64,000 bases of DNA, taken from the IMG/VR virus record IMGVR_UViG_3300033183_000491, positions 175,551 through 239,550 of that record; one strand, written 5' to 3'. The notes beneath the pieces are model-generated. The model saw only the letters and a program-made list of their open reading frames with translations, did no database searches and was not told where the DNA came from. Positions 19,770 to 29,062 of the stretch are shown one piece after another (position 1 is the first letter of the stretch; the number at the start of each line of letters is the position of its first letter). The position numbers and the translations under genes were made by a program.

Positions 19770-20201
19770 ATGACACATATAATTAAAGAATATAAACCAA
19801 TGCAAATTGTATTTATAAAAACAAACAATTCGGGAAATTTAACTTTAAATAGTAATATTAACTTTGATACATCTGCTATTTACAACAACACTTCAGGAAC
19901 AACTATTAATTCTGATAATATTGTATTGTCATCCGGTCACTATCTTATTGAATGTTGTCTAGGTATAAGCAACTCAAATAATATATCTAATTACGCCAAT
20001 TGGAATATTACAGTTGATAATGTTGAACAAGATACAAAAGGTTCTTCAACACAAAATAATAAATCAGGAATTGACGGGTCAATTGCTGCTATTTCATTTA
20101 CAGGAACAAAAACGATAAGAGTAAAAATAACAGATTTAGGTGGAACATGTTCTATCAACAATGACTTTTCTTATATTTTAATTAAAAAAGTAAAGTTTTA
20201 A
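19770..20201 (+). CDS. MTY-class protein, C1q/TNF-like beta-sandwich appearance
   Basis: Start revised to MTHIIKE (GGAGG SD); LSSGHYLIE pattern. Confidence 0.6.
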   Translation: MTHIIKEYKPMQIVFIKTNNSGNLTLNSNINFDTSAIYNNTSGTTINSDNIVLSSGHYLIECCLGISNSNNISNYANWNITVDNVEQDTKGSSTQNNKSGIDGSIAAISFTGTKTIRVKITDLGGTCSINNDFSYILIKKVKF

Positions 20202-20275
20202 ATATTTAGTTGATTTTTAATATCTTTTGTAGTAGAATTAAACAGTAATCTCTTGTTAAATTAATAAATAAATTA

Positions 20276-20626
20276 TTATCTAATATTTAAAAGAACTAGA
20301 TCATTTGCAATTCTATTATTTTGACCTCTCCCGATAGGAGAAATAAATCCAACACTATTAACACTATTGTCAACAAAGACTTTACCATTTAAAACAGCCA
20401 TGTTTCCTCCACCACTAGGTATTTCCCTGTCAGCAATTGCAAAACAACTACCAGAAAATCTAACTTTACCCCACCACTCAAGAGTAACAACATCCTGTTC
20501 AGAACTTTCAACAACACCTATTCTTTCAACAGAAGACGATGACTTTTCCCAATAACTATTTAAATCATTATATTCTACAATTGTTCCTATATCATATTCT
20601 TCTTTTAATTTAACTACAACAAACAT
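20276..20626 (-). CDS. Hypothetical structural protein, paralog of 16261..16617
   Basis: Alignable by eye over full length. Confidence 0.65.
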   Translation of the reverse strand: MFVVVKLKEEYDIGTIVEYNDLNSYWEKSSSSVERIGVVESSEQDVVTLEWWGKVRFSGSCFAIADREIPSGGGNMAVLNGKVFVDNSVNSVGFISPIGRGQNNRIANDLVLLNIR

Positions 20627-20636
20627 TGTATCTCCT

Positions 20637-21278
20637 TTAATATACTTTTATTACTAATGACTCTTGAAAATGGTGGCCACTTCCGGCTAGAAATGCTTGA
20701 GTCGACCCATTTAAATATCTAAGTTTAATGCTTATGTCAATATCATTTCCATCACCAACATATCTTCCAAACAATGTATCAGAATATCCTTGTCCAATAA
20801 CCATCGCAGGTGGCCCTATTGGGTTTGATCCTGCAATTATTTGTGCTTCTATAATTGCAGAAGTATATGCATATGGTGAAATTGATGCTTCAATTATAAC
20901 AGTTTTGTCTAAAAAATATTGACCGCTTAATGTAATAGACTTAAACCAATTAGAATTTGAAACAGGTACATTTGACCCTGAAGCGTCTACATATGTCAAG
21001 TTATTTGATTTATAATATTCTTTGGGTTTATATATAATATAATTGTCATCCTGTTCATACCAATAAAGGCTTACATTATAATTATATAATGGATATATAG
21101 AATAAACGCCTTCAGGATCCAAAGAACTACCACTCACAGTACTCCAATTACTTTGCTGTTTTACTAAAAACTGATTATCTACAGGATTAGATATAGTAAT
21201 TAAGTCTTCAAGACTAATATCTATATTGTTACTTTGATCTTGGTTTATTCCATTGATTTTAGTTGTTTTATACGTCAT
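20637..21278 (-). CDS. Fibre-tip-like protein
   Basis: TKING...SNNIDISL N-terminus; GP.A...G...TL.G C-terminal similarity to 16633..17187. Confidence 0.6.
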   Translation of the reverse strand: MTYKTTKINGINQDQSNNIDISLEDLITISNPVDNQFLVKQQSNWSTVSGSSLDPEGVYSIYPLYNYNVSLYWYEQDDNYIIYKPKEYYKSNNLTYVDASGSNVPVSNSNWFKSITLSGQYFLDKTVIIEASISPYAYTSAIIEAQIIAGSNPIGPPAMVIGQGYSDTLFGRYVGDGNDIDISIKLRYLNGSTQAFLAGSGHHFQESLVIKVY

Positions 21279-21279
21279 C

Positions 21280-21948
21280 TTAGCTAACTTTTTCTATATA
21301 AATCAAACCAAACTCACTTGGTTTATTTCCTTGGTTTGCAACACTATTTAATCCAGAAGAGCCTCCCATGTAAAATCTGAATTGTGTGTTATTACTTGTA
21401 ACATTGTACATACCAATTCCTGTACTGTTAGACGGTCCAAATGTTGAAGTTCTTAAGTCACCAACAACACCATAACTTGTTACGTTTGTAGTATTGACAT
21501 AAGTAGCTATTCGATATGTAGCATATCCACTAGAACTAAAATCGAATTGAGTCTGACATCTGAATATGTATTTGCCTATTGGCAGTTCAATATTTTGAAC
21601 CCAATCATTTTCATTTGAATTAGCATTCCCAGATGTAACATTGATAACAGCACCTGTTATTGTATTTATCGGGTTGTCATCCCAGATATATACAATGCTA
21701 TTGCTACTTAAAGACGTTGATGGACTATTTGAGTAATCATTTTGCTTTCCTCCAATCCATATATGTTGAATCGTCCCAGAAGTCTGGTTAGCTGCCTCCC
21801 AAGAATTTGTTGACTGGTTGTATTTTACAATCTGTCCATCTGATGCATTTTCTAAATCTACATTTGACAAATCACTTGCAGACATTGATATGTTGCCAGA
21901 AGCATCAGGTTTTGAACTCGAGTTAATTTTAATATTATTATGACTCAT
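21280..21948 (-). CDS. Fibre-tip-like protein (MSHN class)
   Basis: MSHNNIKIN..KPDASGNI; DGQIVKYN...WEA fibre repeat. Confidence 0.65.
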   Translation of the reverse strand: MSHNNIKINSSSKPDASGNISMSASDLSNVDLENASDGQIVKYNQSTNSWEAANQTSGTIQHIWIGGKQNDYSNSPSTSLSSNSIVYIWDDNPINTITGAVINVTSGNANSNENDWVQNIELPIGKYIFRCQTQFDFSSSGYATYRIATYVNTTNVTSYGVVGDLRTSTFGPSNSTGIGMYNVTSNNTQFRFYMGGSSGLNSVANQGNKPSEFGLIYIEKVS

Positions 21949-22119
21949 TTATTTTTCCTATTAACAATAAATAATACTATGAAATGTTAATCTAAAATAG
22001 AAGAACAACTCAATGTAAATTCTCCTATTTATAACCTATTATTATAAATATCTTCATTATAGATATAAGTCATATATATGAGTTTTTTAAATCAAACTTT
22101 AGCTCTAAAAAGATAATAT

Positions 22120-23577
22120 TTATCCAAAAGTTTTAATAACCGGGTCATAAGCTGTTGGTGCACCCGGTTGGTCCATAACTGCTTTTCTACCTGAACTTGG
22201 AGATTCTTTTTCTTTTGCTTTCTTTTTCGAAAGAGCATATTTTAAAGTTTTTACCATAAAATGAACATGTTGCCAAATATTTTTATAAAACCTATTCAAA
22301 TCTACGTCTTCTAAATTAACAGGATTGCCTTCAGAATCTATGTCAATATCTTTTATCACAACAGACCTAAACGAAGGTTTAACTTCAGATCTACTTAATT
22401 CTTCTTTTACAAACTCATTATATCCGTTTGAAAAAATCTTTCTTAATTCGATTTTAGCTTTCTCTTTATCAGACGATTCATCAGACTCAATATACGAATT
22501 TAGTTTTTTACTAACTTCTGTCGGTGTGTTTGACCATCTATACCAATTACTCATTAACATTCCAGTAAACATATTTGGTTCAAATTTTAAATGATAAATT
22601 AAACTATCTAACATTTCTTCGAACTGTTTTTTATTATAATCAAAGTAATACAAAGGATCACCTGATGCTTGAACATAATCTAAATCTCTTTTGACACCAG
22701 CAGTAGATTCATCGTCATATAAACTAAAATCTCCTGAAGATCCTTGGTCTCTTATTATCTTTTTAGCCTCCTCTTCAGAAAATGTTACACTATAACCCAT
22801 TCTTTCCAAACAGCCTGTCCAATTTAAATCATTAAATTTTCTTCTAAATAAATTATGTATAGAATCTCTATCGTGAATATTTTTAATATCAAGTCCTACT
22901 TCGACTAATCCAAATCTAAAAAATGAATTTCTTAGCTTTAAAATAATTTCTTTAGAAGTAAACATATACTCACCTTCAGTATTGTATTTTACTTTAAAGT
23001 CATTTTTCCCAATATCAGATGATCTTGTAGGATATTGGTCTCCTCTTTGAAGGCTTCGACTATATTCGCTTTGGCTATACATACTGAAATTTGCCTGAAC
23101 GTGAGAAGCTAACAAATAAAAGACAGGGACAATAAATGGTTTGTTGTCATCATCTGAGATATTAACACTTATAATTCCTTGTTTAGATTTATTCATTTTT
23201 TCATTAACATAATCAATGTTTTCTTGACCGTCTGGAGTATCGCCAGGTCTAAATTTTCTAAACAGATAATCTTCTAAACTTTCATTATATTTAACGATGA
23301 AAGGATCTTCACTGTTACTTTTCTTGATGGTTGCTGAATAGTATTTACATTCATAAATGTTTTTATTAGGGTCGTCTCTTAAGTCATTCAACACACCCAA
23401 AATTACAGGAGAATGATTATTTTCATCTAAATTAATATTTTGAGGAATTTCTTTAAAATCGCTGCTTGTCTGTTTTTTTACATTAGTTTTTCTAGAAGAA
23501 GACGATCTTCCTCCAAATCTGCCTCTAGATCTACCTATTTCAAGTAGAAATTCTTTTACATATAATTCTAAACTCAT
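22120..23577 (-). CDS. Hypothetical protein (485 aa) with N-terminal LE.Y.KE.LLE motif
   Basis: Long ORF, AAGGA SD. Confidence 0.7.
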   Translation of the reverse strand: MSLELYVKEFLLEIGRSRGRFGGRSSSSRKTNVKKQTSSDFKEIPQNINLDENNHSPVILGVLNDLRDDPNKNIYECKYYSATIKKSNSEDPFIVKYNESLEDYLFRKFRPGDTPDGQENIDYVNEKMNKSKQGIISVNISDDDNKPFIVPVFYLLASHVQANFSMYSQSEYSRSLQRGDQYPTRSSDIGKNDFKVKYNTEGEYMFTSKEIILKLRNSFFRFGLVEVGLDIKNIHDRDSIHNLFRRKFNDLNWTGCLERMGYSVTFSEEEAKKIIRDQGSSGDFSLYDDESTAGVKRDLDYVQASGDPLYYFDYNKKQFEEMLDSLIYHLKFEPNMFTGMLMSNWYRWSNTPTEVSKKLNSYIESDESSDKEKAKIELRKIFSNGYNEFVKEELSRSEVKPSFRSVVIKDIDIDSEGNPVNLEDVDLNRFYKNIWQHVHFMVKTLKYALSKKKAKEKESPSSGRKAVMDQPGAPTAYDPVIKTFG

Positions 23578-23603
23578 TTTGAATCCTTGTTAAATATTTT
23601 ATA

Positions 23604-23897
23604 TTAATTATTCCACCAGTCATCAAAAGATCCCCAAGAAATTTTTTCATAATAACTTTCTGGAATACTTCCTACACAATCATAACTAAACCATTCACCT
23701 TCAAGGCGATACTTTTTAAGTCTTTCATGTAAATAATTTTCTTTCCACCCTTCACCTTTAAATTCAGCTATTAATTTTAGCTTATTAGGGTTTCCCGTTT
23801 GAAGCTGTTTTAATCTTTTTTGGGGATCTTTAGATCTACCTATTTTTATCATTCCTGTTACATCTGATTGTATTATGTATAAACTATCATTTTTCAT
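23604..23897 (-). CDS. T5orf172/MUG113-type GIY-YIG-like protein
   Basis: LYIIQ..MIKIGRSKDPQKRLKQLQTGNP...E..LH.......EGEWF. Confidence 0.8.
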   Translation of the reverse strand: MKNDSLYIIQSDVTGMIKIGRSKDPQKRLKQLQTGNPNKLKLIAEFKGEGWKENYLHERLKKYRLEGEWFSYDCVGSIPESYYEKISWGSFDDWWNN

Positions 23898-23957
23898 ATA
23901 TTAACTAATCCTATATATTTATCTTAAAATATATTATATAAAATTAAAGGAATCTAC

Positions 23958-25358
23958 ATGATTATAATAGCAGAAAATAAAAAGAACCACTATTTAATAA
24001 AAGAGTTTTTGTCTGAAGTTGTCTTTCTAAACGAAAATGATAATAAAGTATTAGGTTGGAAACCTGTCACAGACTCTGATATTTTTGACGCTATTACTAG
24101 TTCAAATAAAACTAATAATTTAGATAAAAAAACTTTTGCTGAAGATGATATTGCATCTGACACAATGATTACTAATTTTATTGAAAAAGCGCCAGAATAT
24201 TCTGGTATCTCTAAATACATTAAAAAAGGAATTATTACTTTAGGTGCTCTCGGACTCCTCTGGTCAGCTCATAAAATATCTTCAAATAATACAACACCTG
24301 ACCCTAAACCTAGTCAATCTCGTGAATTAGAATCTAACAAATTAGAAAATGAAGCATTAATTCATATTTCTAATAATTCTAATGCTAACAATGTTGACAT
24401 AGAAAATATTAAAAAGGTAATAAAGTCTAAACCTCAATCTGAAAGTGGAGAAATAGAACCAGAGAAAAAAGACGAAAAAGAGATATCTTTAAGTAAATTT
24501 AAACAATCATGTAAAGAAAGAATTAAAAAGTTCGAAGGATTTAAACCATTTCCATATCAGGATATGAAGGGAGTCTCAATTGGGTATGGAACACAGTTCA
24601 TTTTGTCAGGTGATGCAGGAAATCTAGAAGAAAGTTGGAAAGATTTAATCTACAAAAAGCTAGGCTATTCTGATAGCGAGATAGAATCTTTAAAATCAGA
24701 TAAAAAATATAAAAAGTCTATTGACAAAGATTTAAATTCTTATAAAGAAAGTCAGCAAAACTTAATTAAAAAATTAAAATCTAAGAGAGACAAAATTATT
24801 AATCCTTACAAAGGAAACAAAAAACCTAAAGGATGGAAGCCAAAATATAGGTTCCCTAAGTCTGAAAGGAAAAGGCTTTCAAGAATAATATCAAACATCC
24901 AATCTAGAATCGATGCTTCTAACAACAGAGGAATTATCACAACTTCTGAAGCAGAATCACTTCTTGTTAAAGATATCGAATTATCAATTAAAAAAGCTCA
25001 AAAAGATTTTGGAAATACATTTTTTAATATGGAAGAAGAAGTACAACTAGTTTTAATTGATTTATATTATAATATGGGACTTTATTTCTTAAATACAACA
25101 TATAAAAATCTTAAAAAAGCTTTAAATGAATATAAAAGTGAACTAGAAGGTGATAATAATAAAGAAAAAATAATTGAATTAATAGAAAAAATTAAAAATC
25201 AAATAAGTCCTAGTAATGCACCATTATATCACGAACAAAATTCTAAAAGAGCTAAAGCTAATAATAGCCTATTAGAAGATTCAATAGAAAATCTGAAGGA
25301 TTCTTTAAAAATAGAATCTTATTCGCTTAAAAGCTCTTTTAAACACTTGTTTTCATGA
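23958..25358 (+). CDS. T4-type (GH24-like) lysozyme with long N-terminal extension and internal insertion
   Basis: IKKFEGFKPFPYQDMKGVSIGYGT ... EAESLLVKDI ... LIDLYYNMG. Confidence 0.78.
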   Translation: MIIIAENKKNHYLIKEFLSEVVFLNENDNKVLGWKPVTDSDIFDAITSSNKTNNLDKKTFAEDDIASDTMITNFIEKAPEYSGISKYIKKGIITLGALGLLWSAHKISSNNTTPDPKPSQSRELESNKLENEALIHISNNSNANNVDIENIKKVIKSKPQSESGEIEPEKKDEKEISLSKFKQSCKERIKKFEGFKPFPYQDMKGVSIGYGTQFILSGDAGNLEESWKDLIYKKLGYSDSEIESLKSDKKYKKSIDKDLNSYKESQQNLIKKLKSKRDKIINPYKGNKKPKGWKPKYRFPKSERKRLSRIISNIQSRIDASNNRGIITTSEAESLLVKDIELSIKKAQKDFGNTFFNMEEEVQLVLIDLYYNMGLYFLNTTYKNLKKALNEYKSELEGDNNKEKIIELIEKIKNQISPSNAPLYHEQNSKRAKANNSLLEDSIENLKDSLKIESYSLKSSFKHLFS

Positions 25359-25371
25359 AAGGAAGTCAAAC

Positions 25372-26127
25372 ATGAAAAATTTATTACTAGTATTTATTAT
25401 TTTATTTTCAAATGTATCTTATGGACAAGTCAATATCGAATCTGTAAGAGATACTGCTAAAAAAGACAAACCTTTTTGGGGAGAAGTCAAAGGAGGTCTT
25501 GAAATCCAAAAAGGAAACGTAAATGTTTTTTCTTACGATTTGGATATACTAACTCACTTCCAAAAAGAAAACCATCATATATTTCTTCAGGGGAAAACTT
25601 CAAGAGGTAAACAAAACGATAAAGCCTTTAAAAACTCTTCTTTTTCTCATTTAAGATGGACTTGGATGACTTGGAAATTTTTAGGACCTGAATTATTCAC
25701 GCAACTTCAACATGATGAATTTAAATCTTTAAAAATAAGGCAACTTAATGGGTTTGGATTAAGATCAGAATTTTTTCATTACGAAAATTTTGTTTTAAGT
25801 CTAGGTTCAGGTCTAATGTCAGATTACGAAAAAATTACGTTTGGAAAGACTTCTTTAAATTTACGAAGTACTTCATATCTTTCTTTACTTAAAACATTTG
25901 AAAAGAATAAAAAGAATTTAATTCTGTTAACACTTTATTATCAACCTTTAATAACTAATGCAAATGACTACAGAGTTAATCTAGAAGCAAACGTGAGATC
26001 AATTTTAATATCTTCATGGAACATATCAATAGACAATTCAATTAATTATTTATATGATACAAGACCACCTGAAGGTGTTGAGACAAATGACTTAGTTGTT
26101 AAAACTAACTTGGTTTATGAATGGTAA
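25372..26127 (+). CDS. DUF481/YdiY-like outer-membrane beta-barrel protein
   Basis: Signal peptide, amphipathic strands, LELFTQLQHDEF...RQLNGFG, C-terminal aromatic (LVYEW). Confidence 0.7.
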   Translation: MKNLLLVFIILFSNVSYGQVNIESVRDTAKKDKPFWGEVKGGLEIQKGNVNVFSYDLDILTHFQKENHHIFLQGKTSRGKQNDKAFKNSSFSHLRWTWMTWKFLGPELFTQLQHDEFKSLKIRQLNGFGLRSEFFHYENFVLSLGSGLMSDYEKITFGKTSLNLRSTSYLSLLKTFEKNKKNLILLTLYYQPLITNANDYRVNLEANVRSILISSWNISIDNSINYLYDTRPPEGVETNDLVVKTNLVYEW

Positions 26128-26133
26128 TATTTT

Positions 26134-26376
26134 TTATTGATTTTCTATGTAACCAAGTATATCTTTACAACTATTTAGTTTTTTAATTTCATCTAATGAA
26201 GCATCACCACAATTTTTAATATAATCAAATGCTCCTCTATGAAGTCCCATACAATCTGTTAAAATATCTTTTATTTGACTACATTCAGTAGTTACAATAA
26301 CTTCTTTCTTTTTTTCTACACAAGACATAGAAAATGCAAAAAAGAAAGAAAAACAAATTAAAATTTTTTTTAACAT
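26134..26376 (-). CDS. Putative lipoprotein
   Basis: Hydrophobic leader ending FSMSC; further Cys residues. Confidence 0.55.
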   Translation of the reverse strand: MLKKILICFSFFFAFSMSCVEKKKEVIVTTECSQIKDILTDCMGLHRGAFDYIKNCGDASLDEIKKLNSCKDILGYIENQ

Positions 26377-26378
26377 TT

Positions 26379-27335
26379 TTATTTCCTAACGTTTTTTGAA
26401 GAAAAATCTTTCCAAGATTCTAGATATTCTTTTTCCTTGTCTTCGTAGAACTCATACCAAGTCTGATTTTCTGGTTTAACATATTTAGGATCTTTTACTT
26501 TTTCAATATCCTTCAGATCCCTTTCTGCTTTTTTTCTTGATTTTACAGCATCAGAATCTTCTTCTCTTATTGTATAATCGAGAATCTTAATATCTTTTGG
26601 ACTAGGATTACTTGAGTTAACTATTCCAATATTTCCTGCATGAATATCATCTAACTTTGTATAAGCAAATATTTTTGCTATAGCATTATAATCTTCATAA
26701 AATTCAACTTCTTCAAAAGGCTTAACGTGAAAATAACCTTCTACTTGATCATAAAATTTCTTTTTTGTTACAGCTGGACCATCTGATTCTCTATAACTAA
26801 ATTCAAACAAAAGCTCAAGTATTTTCCTCGACAACTGATAATCACTCACTTCGTCGTCTAACATATTCGTAATTGTAGGAAAAATCTTTGATAATTCAAC
26901 TTTACCAACTGAATCTTCTAATGTTATAACTTTTTGACATATTAACCAAAGAGGCTTTTCGCTAATTTTATCATAATCATAAACTTCTACAAATATATCA
27001 CGTGGACCTTTACCATGCGCACCTTTAGAAACTTCTATTTCAAATTGATTAGTGTCAACAGCATTCTCGTTATTACTAACTTTTAAGACCCAATCTTCAT
27101 TAGGAATACTATACGCTGTTCTTTCTACACCTGATCCTAGTTTTTTTAAATTATAACTTTTAAGCTTGTAATAAAATAAATCAGGTAACCAAGTAAAACT
27201 ATATCCACTATTTATTCTTTCTTCAATATGTTTATTTAAATCTTTAACTAAATTTTCCAATGTTGTTGGATTAAAAGATTCAGTTAAATAAGATTTCCAA
27301 TTTTCAACTAAAAGTTTAAAATCTTTATTTTTCAT
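26379..27335 (-). CDS. Protein-kinase-like fold protein
   Basis: KLGSGVER, VLKVS..E, DIHAGN, ILDY. Confidence 0.7.
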   Translation of the reverse strand: MKNKDFKLLVENWKSYLTESFNPTTLENLVKDLNKHIEERINSGYSFTWLPDLFYYKLKSYNLKKLGSGVERTAYSIPNEDWVLKVSNNENAVDTNQFEIEVSKGAHGKGPRDIFVEVYDYDKISEKPLWLICQKVITLEDSVGKVELSKIFPTITNMLDDEVSDYQLSRKILELLFEFSYRESDGPAVTKKKFYDQVEGYFHVKPFEEVEFYEDYNAIAKIFAYTKLDDIHAGNIGIVNSSNPSPKDIKILDYTIREEDSDAVKSRKKAERDLKDIEKVKDPKYVKPENQTWYEFYEDKEKEYLESWKDFSSKNVRK

Positions 27336-27528
27336 TTTTTATTTCCTATAATTAGACTTGTAATTTATAATATTCTAATTATAATCATTAATATGAATTA
27401 TATAATAACATATGAAGAATTAACTTGTATTAATATCCTAATCAGAACTGTTCAAGAAGCTATTAATAGAAATTCATTTGACGAGGATGAAATTGAGTAT
27501 ATCTACAAACTCGTAGATAAATTAACTT

Positions 27529-28167
27529 CTAGTCATTGTGAGAATTGTTAACCACATCTTTTTGGACTTTGTCTACACCTTCAGTATTAATATTTATATT
27601 TTGATTAGATATTGATTTCAATTTATTTAAGAACACATCCGTTTCTTTTTCTTTTAAATAAATTGAACCCATTAAAGTTCCTGCTCTGTCTATAAACTCT
27701 TTAGGTAAAACTGATATTGTTGCTATACTTCTCTTTTTATTCTTTTCAGATAATTCCTCAACCTTGTCTAAATCTTTTCTTAGACTTTTAACATTATTAA
27801 TATTCACAGTCAGTTTTGTATTAATTGAATGAATTGAGCTTGATAAATTCTTGTCACTTTTAATTAACTCAATTTTTAAATCTTCAATGCTTTTTTTAAT
27901 TTGTTCAAGTCTATCTACATTAGACTTTAATTTTGAATTAAAATCTTCTAATGATTTATCTAAATTGTCATTTAAAACTTGAACTTTATCTTCTAAAACT
28001 TTTTCTTTAGGAGACTCTTCTTTAGGTTTAGATTCACTTTTAGAATTAATCAATGCAGTCCCAAGGGAAGTTATTGAAGTTATAACAGCTAAGATAACTG
28101 CTAACCATATATTTTTATCACTTCTTCCAGATACGTCTGATGTAATATTGTCTTCGTTTCCTGACAT
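27529..28167 (-). CDS. Single-TM coiled-coil protein
   Basis: N-terminal TM then heptad repeats; GAGGA SD. Confidence 0.65.
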   Translation of the reverse strand: MSGNEDNITSDVSGRSDKNIWLAVILAVITSITSLGTALINSKSESKPKEESPKEKVLEDKVQVLNDNLDKSLEDFNSKLKSNVDRLEQIKKSIEDLKIELIKSDKNLSSSIHSINTKLTVNINNVKSLRKDLDKVEELSEKNKKRSIATISVLPKEFIDRAGTLMGSIYLKEKETDVFLNKLKSISNQNININTEGVDKVQKDVVNNSHND

Positions 28168-28183
28168 AATTCCTCTTTAAGAT

Positions 28184-29062
28184 TTAAATCCATGCTAAAA
28201 TATATATAAATCCATCCTGAAGTTTGTGATTTTCTATTTCTGACTCAAATCTACTTAAAGTAGAGTTTTTGTGAACATTTTCATAACATTCTTTAAAAAA
28301 ATCTCTTAAATCATCATCTGACAAGTAACTATAACTTCCTATATTATCAAAATCAATACTATCTGCATCTTCCTTAGAAGACATTTCTGTCAAACAATAA
28401 GAATATATACTTGACCACACATCATCTTCACCAAGTTCAGGCGTAAATCCTATTCGTTTAAAAAATCTATAAACAGAAGTTATATAGTTATTAAGTAAAA
28501 CTCTTGACTTTCCAGCTATCTTCTCAACATTATGGCGTCTAACACCATCCTTATCAGCTTCTGAATGATGTATGTCATGAATCATCCAATTCATTTGATT
28601 CTTCAAAGAAAGAACTTGATTTTTTACTTGTTCTTCTTTATCAAATCCAAAAGGGTTTCCAAATAACTTCTCAGGAAGATCTCCTGCTTGTGGAGGAACA
28701 CACAAAATTGGTTTATTATCTTTTAAATTACAATTACTAAAATTAAAATTATGTAAGTGTTTTAAAAGTTGAATAACTTTATTATTCTTTTTTAGCACTA
28801 ATAATGGCCATCTTTTACTTGTCATAATATTAGAATATGCTACATCTTCAAGATCTTTCCCGCGATACTCTTTATCTGATATGACAACTTTTTCTATTTC
28901 AGAACGAAGTTCATCAATATTAAATAAACCTTTAAAAATTTGCTTTAAACTTGTCTTGTCAAAATCAGCAATTACTAAATCATAATCAAAAGGCTTTTTA
29001 AAAAAATCAGGAAAATTTCTTTCAAATAATAAAACTTCTTTTATATAGTTTTCTAATATCAT
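28184..29062 (-). CDS. Hypothetical protein with MILENYIKEVLLFE N-terminus
   Basis: 292 aa ORF. Confidence 0.65.
   Translation of the reverse strand: MILENYIKEVLLFERNFPDFFKKPFDYDLVIADFDKTSLKQIFKGLFNIDELRSEIEKVVISDKEYRGKDLEDVAYSNIMTSKRWPLLVLKKNNKVIQLLKHLHNFNFSNCNLKDNKPILCVPPQAGDLPEKLFGNPFGFDKEEQVKNQVLSLKNQMNWMIHDIHHSEADKDGVRRHNVEKIAGKSRVLLNNYITSVYRFFKRIGFTPELGEDDVWSSIYSYCLTEMSSKEDADSIDFDNIGSYSYLSDDDLRDFFKECYENVHKNSTLSRFESEIENHKLQDGFIYILAWI

Noticed and set aside
15167-21948. Diversity-generating retroelement or shufflon driving tip variation
   Set aside because: No reverse transcriptase or recombinase, and no near-identical TR/VR pair or inverted crossover sites visible in this window
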